This document shows, one piece after another, positions 33,166-43,457 of a DNA stretch of 64,000 nucleotides. Origin of the DNA: an uncultured Actinomycetes bacterium (GTDB lineage Bacteria > Actinomycetota > Actinomycetes > Streptosporangiales > Streptosporangiaceae); the NCBI GenBank assembly GCA_963795575.1, contig CAWCII010000012.1, positions 15,624-79,623 of the forward strand, read 5' to 3'. The position numbers and the translations under genes are program-made. Below the pieces are notes generated by a model that searched no databases, was not told where the DNA came from, and saw only the letters and a program-made list of their open reading frames with translations. The stretch's first letter is position 1, and every line of letters begins with the position of its first letter.

Positions 33166-34698
33166 ATGGAAGAGCTATCCCCCCGGCTGCGTGCCGTGTG
33201 CGACCTGTACGTAGCCGGCGTGCGCGAGTCGAGCGGCCGTCACGAGTACGACGGCGAGATCCAGGATCTGTCCACCGGACGGCGTCCGCTCCGGGCTGGC
33301 CCGGCTGGAACGCGCCCGGTCCGGCGCTGCCCCGCTGGGCGACCGGCACGACGAGGCGCACCTGGCCGTGTTCGAGAACCTGGCCCGGGCCGAGTTCGGC
33401 GCGCTCGAGCTGCACCGGCGCAATCCGCTCTACACCTCGGCGAGCTCGACCTGGCCAGCTACGACAGGGACTACGCGCCGCCGGAGCAGCGGGCCGCCGC
33501 CCGGCTGGCGCACCTGGCCGCCTGGCCGCACGCGGTGGACAACGCCATCGCCGCGCTCGACCGGGTCAGCGGGCCGGTGGCCGCGGCCCTGCTGGATGCC
33601 GCCCGCGGCCTGGCCACAGGCATTCCCGGCGACGCGGACGACCGGATCAGCGGCGCGGCGCTGGCCGCGCACGAGCGGCTCGTGGCCCACCTGGAGCGCG
33701 CGGCCGCCCGGGCCGGATCCGACACCGCCCTGGGCCCGGCCGGGCTGACCACGCTGATGAGCAGCGCGGAGGGCATCCGGCTGGACCTGGGCCGGCTGGC
33801 CGAGCAGGCGGACGCCGAGCGGGACCGGCTGCGCGAGCGGCTCGCCGACAGCTGCGCGCTGATCGACCCGGGCCGGCCGCCGCTCGAGGTGGCCCGCACG
33901 CTGGTCCGTGATCATCCTGACGCCGCCGGGGTGATCGACGCCGCCCGGCACTGGACGGAGCGGGCGACCGAGTTCACCCGTGATCGTGACCTGGTGCCGT
34001 ACCACGACGGCGAGTGCCTGGTCGGGCTCGCCCCGCCGTCCCGCCGCTGGGCGATGGCGATGATGAGCTCGAACGCGCCGGGCGAGCCGGAGGGACCGTC
34101 CTGGTACCAGATCACCCCGCCGGAGGAGTCCTGGGCCGCCGCCGAGATCGAGGAATGGCTCGAGGTGTTCAGCGCGACCACCCTGCCCGGGATCACCGTG
34201 CACGAGGTCGCACCCGGGCACTTCTCGCACGGCCGGGCGCTCCGCCGCGCGCCCACCGAGGTCCGGCGGGTACTGCACTCGACGGCGTTCATCGAGGGAT
34301 GGGCGCACTACGCGGAAGAGCTGTGTGTCGAGGAGGGCTTCTGCTCGGCCGACCCGCGGTTCGCGATCGGGGTCTGGCTGGAGGCGCTCGTCCGGGTTAC
34401 CCGGCTGGCCTGTGCCATCGGCGTGCACACGGCCGGCATGACGGTCGAGGAGGGGGCCCGCAGGTTCGAGGCGGACACCCACCTGGCCGGGCCGGCCGCG
34501 CTCTCCGAGGCCCGGCGGGCCACCTTCGATCCCGGCTACGGCCGCTACACCTGGGGCAAGCTGGTGATCATGGACCTGCGGGAGCGGGCCAGGAAGAACT
34601 GGGGGGCGGCCTTCACGCTGCGCAGGTTCCACGCGGCGCTGATGGATCTGGGCGCCCCGCCGCTGGGGCTGCTCGGCACCGCGATCGAGCGCGGGTAG
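33166..34698 (+). pseudogene. DUF885 family protein, two compensating frame hops (about 33275-33430)
   Basis: Mostly ORF 32971..34698 (GITVHEVAPGHFSHG, FIEGWAHYAEEL). The segment FENLARAEFGALELHRRNPLY lies in the frame of ORF 33368..33748. Confidence 0.8.
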
Positions 34699-34788
34699 CC
34701 CGGCCGCGGCCCGGGCACGATGCGGGGCCCGGCCGGCGGGCGATACGGTGGGGGCATCGCCAGCAAGCCCGGCAGACGTGAGGACGGC

Positions 34789-35284
34789 ATGCTCAGATCG
34801 CGCGGCGGGCCAGGACGCCGGCCGCGGCTGGCCGCGGCGCTGACCACCGCCGGCCTGGCCGCCACCCTGGGCAGCGCGGGCTGCGCCGGGGCGATCGCGG
34901 GACAGACCCCGGCCGTCCAGGCGGCCACGGCGTACGTGCCGGTGCCGGTCACGCCGGGGCTGACCTCGGCCTACCTGGTGATCAGGAACTACGCCAGCCG
35001 TCCGGACAGCCTGGGTCTCGGCCACCAGCGTCGGCGGCCGGGTGACCTTCCGGAGCCCGGCCACGGCGGTGGCCAGATGCACACCGTGGCCGCGATCGGT
35101 ATCCCGGCCAATGACCGTCCGGCTCGTCCCGGACGGCCCGCACCTGCTGATCAGCGGCATCGAGCGCCTGCAGAACGGCAAGGTGATCACGCTGACGCTG
35201 AGATTCAGGCACGCGGGGGTGGTGCGGGTGCAGCGCGCTCGTCACCAACCCGCCGGAGACCGGGGGCAAGCAACGACTACATGA
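34789..35284 (+). pseudogene. copper chaperone PCu(A)C family protein, frame hops
   Basis: Signal/lipobox-like N-terminus (LAATLGSAGC). Further fragments: AYLVIRNYASRPDSL, VRLVPDGPHLLISGIERLQNGKVITLTLRFRHAGVVRV. Confidence 0.65.
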
Positions 35285-35297
35285 ACTGGAGTGGCCG

Positions 35298-35899
35298 ATG
35301 GGACAACTGGTACTGCTCAGGCACGGGGAGACCGAGTGGAGCATGGCCGGCACGGCACACCGGCCGCACCGACATCCCGCTCACCGCCGCGCGGCGAGGC
35401 AGGCCGCGGCCGGCCCGCGCCGGGGCTTGGCCAGGCGGCAGATCCAGGCCGCCTTCACCAGCCCGGCCCAGCGCGCGGTGCGGACCGCCGAGCTGGCCGG
35501 GCTGGCCGAGACGCAAGCAGGACCCCGACCTGTGGGAATGGGACTACGGCGGCTACGAGGGCCGCACCACCGCCGACATCCGGCTGGAGCGGCCGGGCTG
35601 GTACCTCTGGCGCGACGGGGTCATCCCCGGCGGACGCCGCGCATCCGGGCGAGACCATCGCCCAGGTCGGCGCCAGGGCGGACGCGGTGCTCGGCCGGGT
35701 GCAGGCCGCTGCTCGCCCTGGCGGACGGCGACGTGGTCCTGGTGGCCCACGGCCACATCCTGCGCGTGCTCACCGCCCGCTGGCTCGGCCTGGGCCCGCC
35801 GGCGGGCGCCTGTTCCGGCTGGACACCGGCACCATCAGCACGCTGGGCACCGAGCACGACGAGCCGGTCATCACCAGCTGGAACGTCCCGCCCGGCTAG
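35298..35899 (+). pseudogene. histidine phosphatase (phosphoglycerate mutase-like) family protein, several frame hops
   Basis: Fragments across three frames: MGQLVLLRHGETEWS, GRHTGRTDIPLTAA, DLWEWDYGGYEGRTTADI, VVLVAHGHILRVLTARWLGL, FRLDTGTISTLGTEHDEPVITSWN. Confidence 0.8.
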
Positions 35900-36051
35900 G
35901 CTGCCGCTGAAGCAACCGCTGCCGATCAGTGAGCAAGCCGCTGACCTGGGATTCACCGTCCGGGTAGCTAACCTCGCATTACTTCGGCAGGCTCCGGCGA
36001 CACGGGCCGGCGGCCCGGCGCGGACGCAGGCCCGGCCGGCCCCGGAGGCGG

Positions 36052-36672
36052 TCAGCCGGCCGACGATGCGGTCCGCGCGCGCCGGCCCGGCGCCACCGCG
36101 CGGGCGTTGGCCTCGTCGGAGCGGGCGACGAACCGCTCGGCCTGCGCCTGGGTCTTGCCCCACCGCACGTGCCGCGCCACCAGCCGCGCGCGCCGCTCGC
36201 GCGCGCCCAGTTCCACCCACCACACCTCATCGAGCAGCGGCCGCGCGACCGGTCCAGGCGGCTCGCCGAACAGCAGGTAATTCCCTTCCGTGATCACCAG
36301 GCGGATATCCGACGGGACCGGGATGCTGCCCGCGACGGGCTGCTCGATTTGCCTGAACGAACGATGGGGCGTACACAGTTACGCCGGGCTCGGCCCGGCG
36401 GAGCCGGTCCAGCAGCGCGATGTACCCGCCGGCGTCGAAGGTGTCCGGTGCACCCTTGCGGCCGAGCCGCCCGAGCCGGATGAGTTCCGCTCTGCCAGGT
36501 GGAACCCGTCGAGCGGCACGACGACCGCCAGCGCGGCCCAGGCCGCGGCGGCCAGCAGGGCCGCGAGCGTGCTCTTGCCCGCCCCGGGCGGCCCGGCCAG
36601 GCCGAGCATGCGCCGCGGCCCGGGGCGACGCGCCAGCGCGGCGGCGCGTCCGAGCGCGGCGGCGGTGCTCAT
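36052..36672 (-). pseudogene. P-loop nucleoside/nucleotide kinase family protein, frame hops
   Basis: Fragments: GLAGPPGAGKSTLAALL...VVPLDGFHL, then APDTFDAGGYIALLDRL, then VITEGNYLLFGEPPGPVARPLLDEVWWVE. Confidence 0.7.
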
Positions 36673-36743
36673 CACGGGTGCCGCCCGGATGTGCCTCACC
36701 CCGCGGCGACCGGAGCTGCCGCGGCGGGCTTGGCGGCGTCCGG

Positions 36744-37601
36744 CTATGGCTCCGCGGCGTCCTTCCTGGCCGCGCGAAGATCCGCCGCAGCGCGGGCTCG
36801 TAGACCAGCCGCCCGGCCAGGCCGGTCGAGGCGCGGCGGGCGCGCGCAGCGCCGCGGTGGCGGCCAGGTCGGTGGCCGGGGTGTCCGGGACGCCGTACAT
36901 CCGGCGTGCCCAGCGCGGCAGGGTGGCGAAGGCGAGCGTGTTGAACGGCGGCAGGACAACCTTCAGCGGCAGCAGCGAACGCGGGACCGGCGGGTGGTAG
37001 GACGCGAGCAGCGCCTGCTTCGCCTCCGGGCAGGCATGCAGGCGGGGCCGGATCCGCGCGTAGTAGGCGTCGAGGTCGGCCATGCGAACCGGGCACGGCG
37101 CCGGGTCCAGGCCGACCAGGGCGGCGCTGCGCCGCTGTTCGGCCACGAATGTGTCGAGGTCGGCCGCCGACACCGGCATGCCGCTGCGCCTGGCGATGTC
37201 GGCGTAGGAGTCGATCTCGGCGCAGTGCACCCAGAGCAGCAACTCGGGCTCGTCCAGCCGGAACGTCGTGCCGTCCGGGTCGGTGCCCCGCAGCGTGGCG
37301 TGGATCTTGCGAACCCGCCGCGCGGCGCGCTCCGCCTCGGCGGTGCTGCCGTAGCTGCGGACCCCGACGAACTGGCTGGTCCGGATGAACCGGCCCAAGG
37401 CCTGCTTCCGGTCCAGGAACGCCGTGTTCTGCCAGGTGCCCCGCATCACCCGCGGGATGCAGCGCCTGCAGGTAGAGAGCGCGGAACCCGGCCACCCACA
37501 TCACCGGTTCGTCCATGATGCGCCAGGTCACCGAGCCCGGACCGAACAGGCCGCGGTCAGCGCTGGGGCCGGCAGGTCCGGGCCAGGCTCGGCTGCTGCC
37601 A
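36744..37601 (-). pseudogene. oxygenase MpaB family (DUF2236) protein, frame hops
   Basis: Fragments: SVTWRIMDEPVMWVAGFRALYLQALHP, MRGTWQNTAFLD...AERAARRVRKIHATLRGTDPDG...LLLWVHCAEIDSY. Confidence 0.7.
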
Positions 37602-37620
37602 TGGCGCCGCTCCTTCTGGG

Positions 37621-37993
37621 TCAGCGCGGGACGGTTTCCTCCCGGAGCCAGCTCAGGTAGGAAGGCGAGCCCGCGACGATGGGCAGGGCCACGATCTCCG
37701 GCTCGTCATAGCTGTGCCGCTCGGTGAGGAAGGTCCGTGAGCTCGCCGAGCCGGTCGGCCGGCAGCTTGAGCAGCACCAGCCATTCCTCGGCCCGCTCGA
37801 TGCCGCCTTCCCACCAGTACGTGCTGGCGACCGGCCCGGCCACCTGCGCGCACGCGGCCAGCCTGCGCCTCGACGGCGGCGCGGCCCAGCTCCATCGCTT
37901 CCGCCCGCGAGTCCGTGGTCGTCTGGACCTGGAGATACTCGCCCCGCAGCCCCGAGCTCCCCGGAGGGGTGCCGCGCTGCCCTGAGACGCCAT
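37621..37993 (-). pseudogene. cutA: divalent-cation tolerance protein CutA, two frame hops
   Basis: Fragments across three frames: YLQVQTTTDSRAEAMELGRAAVE / RLAACAQVAGPVASTYWWEGGIERAEEWLVLLK / TERHSYDEPEIVALPIVAGSPSYLSWL. Confidence 0.75.
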
Positions 37994-38277
37994 GGGACCT
38001 GATCGTACGCCCGGCCCGGCCCGCGCACCGTCTCAACCTTGACCGGGCGGGCTGCGTCGTGTCCGTCGGGCTCAACCATGTACCGGCGGGCCCGGCGGCG
38101 CCGACGGCGAGCTGCCGCCCTGCGCCAGGCCGCTGCAGCCGGGCGCCGCGCTGCGCATCCGGGTACTCCCGGGCATGCTCCAGGTCATTACCTGAGCAGG
38201 ACAGCACCGGACCCCGGGGGTGCGGTCGCTGACCCGGCCCGGCGGCAGTAGCACGGCCGGGCTCGTCCCCGGCCAGG

Positions 38278-40018
38278 TCAGCAGTCCGGGTTGGGCATGA
38301 TCGGGCCCTCGTCCATGATCCCGAGGTTGATGATCTTCGACAGCACCGTCGGCTTGCCGTACTGCTTGTCCTTGCCGAAGGCGTTGCCGTTGGGCATCTG
38401 CCCGAACTCCCACACGCAGGCGCCGTGCACCCTGGCCTGGGTCCAGTAGGGGTAGAAATGACCGGGCGCCTGGGGCGGCGGCACCACGCACCTGGCCAGG
38501 TGCGCCGGGCTGCAGCGGTTGTTGGTGGCGGGGTTGTCGGTCAGGAACTGCATCCGCGGGTAGCGTTTCCCGTTCACGGTGGTGGGCTGCCGCATGGTCA
38601 GCGGCGACGGGAACATGCCCGGCGTGACCGAGTCCGGCCAGTCGGGCCAGTACGAGGTGCCGTCGTAGTCGAGGTCGGCGCCGGTGCAGCCGGTGGCCAG
38701 GTCCGGGGCGGAGTTGAGCTGGCCGTGGGTATCCCCGGCCTTGAAGCAGATGCCGTCGTTCCGCTCTCCGCTGGGATTCGTTCCGTCCGGCGGCCCGGCG
38801 TTCTCGTACGGCCCGCGGCAGATCTGCCAGGCCGGGTCGGCGAAGCTGCCCACCTGGACCGGCGCGTAGTCCTGCAGCCGGGTGCAGGGGGTGAAGTGCC
38901 CGACCTCGTAGGCGACGTTGATGTTCGCCACCGCCCAGCCGCCGTCGTTGACCTGCCTGGCGGTCGAGTACAGCGGCCGGAAGCTCCATGGCGTGCCGCT
39001 GCAGTTGGCGATCGAGGTGTTCATGAACCCGTTCCCGGCCGAGGCCAGCATGAACCCGGTCCGGCCGGAACTGAGATCCCGGATCCGGGTTTCCAGCGCG
39101 CCCGCCTTCCGGTTGTCGAAGATCCGGATCCGGAGCTTGTCGCCGGGATTCATCAACAGGGTGCGCTGGTTCGGCGTCAAGGTGTTGAGGTCGGCCCGCT
39201 GCGGGCTGGGCGGCCCGGTGGGCACGCCGTTGGTCTGCACGAAGGCGAAGTTCACCGGCTCGATGCAGCGGTTGTTGCAGGTGCTGAAGCCAGGCGTGCA
39301 CTCCAGCGAGTCGATCGTCAGCGCCGCGCACCAGTGCGCGTCGTCGCAGCTCAGGCCGTCCGCGAGCGGCGGGAACCCGGGCGGGTAGAACTGCAGTTCC
39401 AGGAAGGCGCTGCCGCCGCCGGGGTAGCTGCCATGGGGCGAGTTCGTGTCACTGTCCGGCTTGCACGGCAGTAGCGGGTACGACTCCGGGTCGCACAGGT
39501 CCATGGAGTACCACAACGACGGCATCAGCTCGAAGAAATGCGTGATGTCCTTGCGCGGGCCGCGGACCGTGGGCGGCCTGCGCGGATCCCGGGGCAGCGT
39601 CTGCACCCAGGTGACGTCGGTCGAGGAGCCAGGCCGGCGCGAGTAGAACTGCATCGTCGGCTCGTCGTGGCCGATGTAGTGGCCGTTGTCGTACAGGTGC
39701 CCGTACTCGCTGCCGCCGTGCACCTCCGCGCAGATGGTGCCGCCGGGCTTGACCGGCCGCTGCACGGGACTGTAGCCGTTGCAGTCCAGCTCCCCGACCG
39801 GCCTGATGCCTGACGCGGCCGGACGGGCATGAGATGCGGCGGCCCGGCCGTGCGATGAGCTCGCCTGGCCGTGCGATGATGCTCGCCTGGCCCCGGGACG
39901 CGGCCAGGCCGGTGCCGGGCGCCGCTAATAGCTGGACGCCGGCCAGCACGGCCGCGGCCAGGCTGACCGCAAGAAACGACCGGTTGCGCGGGTGACGAGA
40001 GCCTGCCGTGCGAGCCAT
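38278..40018 (-). CDS. unrecognised Cys-rich secreted protein, paralogue 1; signal peptide separated from the 495-codon main ORF by one indel near 39870
   Basis: Main ORF 38278..39765 is intact. An upstream ATG at 40018 has a GAGGAGGAGG RBS and encodes MARTAGSRHPRNRSFLAVSLAAAVLAGVQLLAAPG. It joins the main frame if one A is removed from the first copy of a 21-bp duplication. Homologous along its length to 58430..60097. Confidence 0.8.
39839..39881. repeat. 21-bp tandem duplication (22 + 21 nt) in the signal-peptide/linker region of paralogue 1
   Basis: The minus strand reads GCCAGGCGAGCATCATCGCACG then GCCAGGCGAGCTCATCGCACG. The 1-nt length difference is the frame break. Confidence 0.8.
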
Positions 40019-40308
40019 GAGCCTGCCTCCTCCTCGCCCCCCGCCTGCCTCCCTGTTCTGTGCACCGACACCGGGGACCGGCGCGGCCGCCGGGCCGGCG
40101 GCGCACCCTTCCCGGCGCTGAACGTAACCCCTCCAAGACTGACGGTCAACAGCAGGCGCGGTCATGTCATGGCCCGATCGCCCCGACAGCAGGTCGCGAT
40201 TGTCCCGCGTGTCGCGAGCCGTTTCGCCGCCCGGTGAGCGTCGGCACGGTATAGTGTTCGAATAATGTACGTGAAGTAGCCCGTTGGTCATATCTTCGGA
40301 GGCGCCCC

Positions 40309-42274
40309 GTGACCGCCGCCCGTCGGCCCGAGTCCTGGGAGGAGATCTGGGATGCCGAACTGGACGCGCTCACCGAGGCCGGTGCCCCGCCGGCCGAGGA
40401 GGATTACGGCTGGCTCGACCCCGCGGTCGACCCGCCCGCGGAGCTGGCCGGCGCTGACGGAGCCGGAGCTAGCGGACCTGCTCGGCGACGTCCCGGCCCG
40501 GCCGGCAGCGCCTGGCCTGGCCGCTGAGCTACCGGTCCCCGGACGCGCCGGGCGGGGCCGCGTGGCCGGCCGGATTCGCGGAACGGGACGGCACAGGCGG
40601 CGGGACCGGGTTCGCCGATGGCGGTGAGCTGGACGTGCTGCCGGCCGGAATCGCGCTGGCCGGGTTCGCCGACGACGCGGACGGCCGGGCCGGGGACCTG
40701 GATGATGACTGCCTGGTCGGAGTGCTGCGGGCGTGGCGGCGGCTGGCGTCGTGGGCGCAGGCCAGGGAACTGGCCACGGTCGCCGTGCTGGCCCGGCGCC
40801 GCCCCGCCGATGGCACTCCGGCCGCGGCCGCGGCCGGGCAGTTCCCGGCCCGGCTGAGCGAGTTCATCAGCGCGGAGATCGCGGCCGCACTCACCCTGAC
40901 CGGCCAGGCCGCGCAGGCCGAGCTGGGCCTGGCCGTTGACCTGGCGGACCGTCCGGCGACCGCCGCGGCGCTGGAGGCCGGCCGGATCGACCTGCCCCGC
41001 GCCAAGATCATCATTGGCTTGCTGGGCCCGCTGCCTGCCGCGCATGCAGACGCGGTCGAGGCGGAGATCCTGCCGCGGGCAGGAGAAATGACCGCCGGGC
41101 AGCTCCGCGCGGCGCTGCAGCGTGCGGTGCTGGAGGTAGATCCGGACGCCGCCCTGCGGCGGCGCGAGGAGGCGGAGAAGGAGGCCCGGGTCGAGCACTG
41201 GGCCGACCCCGAGGGCACCGGCAGCCTGGCCGGCCGATTCCTTCCCCCGGCGGCAGCGCTGACCGCCAGCAAGCGGCTCGGCCAGATCGCCGGCGCCTGG
41301 AAGAACCAGGGCGCCCAGGGCGGCACGGACCTGCTGCGCGCGCATGCCTACCTGGCCCTGCTCAACGGCCAGGATGTGGACGTCCCGCCCGCCAGTCTGC
41401 TGCCGGTGATGCCCGCTCCCGGCCGCGGCGGTCCGGGCGGGCGCTGCCCGGCCGCCGGGAGCCCCGGCGGAATACGGACCCGGCGCCGGCCGCGAGCCGA
41501 CGGCCGGCCTTCACCACGACCGGCGCGCAGAGCCGGTGCCCGGCGTGGACGGCGGGTTGGCGGCTCGGGGGCCGCAGGCTCCGCCCGGGCTGGCCCGCCC
41601 CAGCGCGGGCGGGCTGCCGTCGCTGGCCGGGCTGGTCAACCTGACCGTCCCGCTGGCCACCCTGCTCGGCCTGGCTGACGCGCCCGGCGCAGCCGCCGGA
41701 TACGGGCCGCTGGACGCCGACACCGCCCGGCTGCTGGCCTGCGCGGCCGCCGGGCACGGCGCGACCCGCTGGCAGATCACCGTCACCGGGCCAGGCGGGC
41801 AGGCCCTGGCCCACGGCCAGGCCCGCGGCCCCGCCGGGCCAGGCAGCCCAGGCAGCGGCACACCCGGCAGCGGCACAGCTGACCCGGGCCCGCTCCCGGA
41901 TGGCAGGCCACACGGCGCGTGGGCGGTGAGCGTCCACCGCCGAGCCCATCGCCACCGGGCACTGCGACCACCGCAATTGCGAGCCCGGCTACCGGCCCAG
42001 CCCTGCCCTGCAGCGGCTCATCCGGGCCCGCACCGTCACCTGTTCCGGCCCCGGCTGCCGCCGCCCCGCCGGCCGCTGCGACCTCGACCACACGGTCCCC
42101 TACGACGACGGCGGGTTCACCTGTGAATGAAACCTGGCCCCGGTCTGCCGCTATTGCCACCGGCTCAAGCAAGCCGAGGGCTGGACTCTCCAGCAGGCCA
42201 GCCCCGGCGTCATGACCTGGCTCACCCCGGCCCGCCGCCGGTACACGACCCTGCCCAGCCAGCACCCGACCTGA
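40309..42274 (+). pseudogene. DUF222 domain / HNH endonuclease (REP13E12-like selfish element protein), frame hops plus in-frame TGA
   Basis: ORF 40635..41678 gives the DUF222 core (LVGVLRAWRRLASWAQARELATVAVLARRR...EAGRIDLPRAKIII). The HNH region 41942..42274 is one frame (CSGPGCRRPAGRCDLDHTVPYDDGGFTCE*NLAPVCRYCHRLK) interrupted by a TGA at 42128-42130. Confidence 0.8.
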
Positions 42275-42367
42275 CCGGCCGCAGGCGGGAAGGGCCGCCC
42301 TCGCCCACGGGAAGCCGGAGAAGCCTGAGCTCCGGACATGGGCCGAAAAAGTGAGCAGGGAGGGTGC

Positions 42368-43256
42368 TTAGCCGCGGCCGGGCGCCAGCGCCAGGTGGCG
42401 CGGGGCGCCTTCTTCGGCGACTACCCGGTTGCGGATGGTGCCGACCCCCTCGACGGATACCTCGATCATGTCGCCGGGGGTCAGCCAGACCGGCGGGGTG
42501 CGGGCGAAGCCGACGCCGCCGGGAGTGCCGGTGGCGATCACGTCGCCGGGAAGCAGCGTGGTGAACGAGGAGAGATACTCGATAGCGCTGGGGATGTCCA
42601 CGATCATCTGGGAGGTCCGGGCGGACTGCATGACCTCGCCGTTGAGCGTGGTGGTCAGGGGCACGTCGGACACGTCGGCCTCGTCCGTGGTTACCAGCTC
42701 GGGGCCGATCGGCATGCTGCCGTCGAAGTTCTTGCCCGGTGTCCACTGGGTGTTGGCCCGCTGCCAGTCGCGGGCCGAGGCGTCGTTCAGCACGACGAAG
42801 CCAGCCACCGCGTCCAGGGCTTTGCCGGCCGGGATGTAGCGGCCGCCGGCGCCGATGACGACGCCTAGCTCGCCTTCGAAGTCGAAGCGCTCGGTCAGGG
42901 CGGGCTTGACCAGGTCGGCGTAGGGGCCGAGCACCGTGCCGTGGCCGCGCACGAACACCTCGGGCCAGGTTGGCACCTCGCCGCGGCTCTCGATGGCGTG
43001 GTCGCTGTAGTTGACGCCGAAGCAGAGGATGCGCTCGGGCGCGGGCACGGCGGGCCGAAGCTCGGCTGGTACTCCGCCGACCTTCGCGTGCGGTCAGCTC
43101 GCGCGCTGCGTCCAGCGCTGCCGCCCCGCCGCCAGGAAGGAGCCCCAGCGAGGCGAACCGCGATCGCCCCGCGGGCTCGGCGACGTCAACGTAACCCGAC
43201 CGTCCCCGCACGTGCAGCCGCGGCCCGGTGGCGGTGGCAATGGTGGCGAGCCTCAC
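42368..43256 (-). pseudogene. fumarylacetoacetate hydrolase (FAH) family protein, one frame hop near 43060
   Basis: ORF 42368..43048 (ILCFGVNYSDH...FDFEGELGVVIG...PGDVIATGTPGGVG). The N-terminus MRLATIATATGPRLHVR lies in ORF 42222..43256. Confidence 0.8.
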
Positions 43257-43348
43257 CTGGTGGTTCTCCTTCTGGCGGACGTGGCGCGCGGCGGCTTGCC
43301 GTGAGCTTATCGCCGCCGCCGGCCGTGGCGCCCTCGTGCCCGCCCCGC

Positions 43349-43457
43349 TTACCCGGCGGCGCGTCCCCCTTTACCCACGAGGCCCGCGGCGCGTCCCCCC
43401 TTACCCGGCGGCGCGTCCCCCGTTACCCGGCGGCGCGTCCCCCCTTAGCCAGCGGCC
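43349..43457. repeat. tandem array, 4 units of 22 bp (one 30 bp) TTACCCGGCGGCGCGTCCCCC plus a partial unit that is the stop/3' end of the MFS gene
   Basis: Read directly. Units start at 43349, 43371, 43401 and 43423. The sequence at 43445 (TTAGCCAGCGGCC) resembles a unit and contains the TAA stop of the minus-strand gene. Confidence 0.85.

Noticed and set aside
35940-36000. Lower-GC patch with CCGGGTAGCT resembling a tRNA D-arm, a possible tRNA fragment or att site between the convergent phosphatase and kinase genes.
   Set aside because: The resemblance stops after 10 nt. No cloverleaf or partner repeat was found in the window.
40236-40265. SOS (LexA) box or RecA-independent DNA-damage promoter upstream of the DUF222/HNH gene (GTCGGCACGGTATAGTGTTCGAATAATG).
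   Set aside because: GTTCGA is present, but there is no GAAC-N4-GTTC dyad. The GTCGG-to-TATAGT spacing (3 nt) does not fit the TGTCGGTG-N8-TANNNT layout. Only a plain -10-like hexamer is supportable.
42128-42130. In-frame TGA in the HNH domain as selenocysteine or programmed read-through.
   Set aside because: No SECIS-like hairpin follows. The gene is otherwise riddled with frame breaks, and this element family is commonly found as relics. A nonsense change or a base error is far more likely.
43349-43457. Possible CRISPR arrays (also 61671..61760, 25563..25617, 48205..48375).
   Set aside because: Units are contiguous with no spacers and are only 14-45 bp. There are 4 copies each and no cas genes. 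These are simple tandem repeats.
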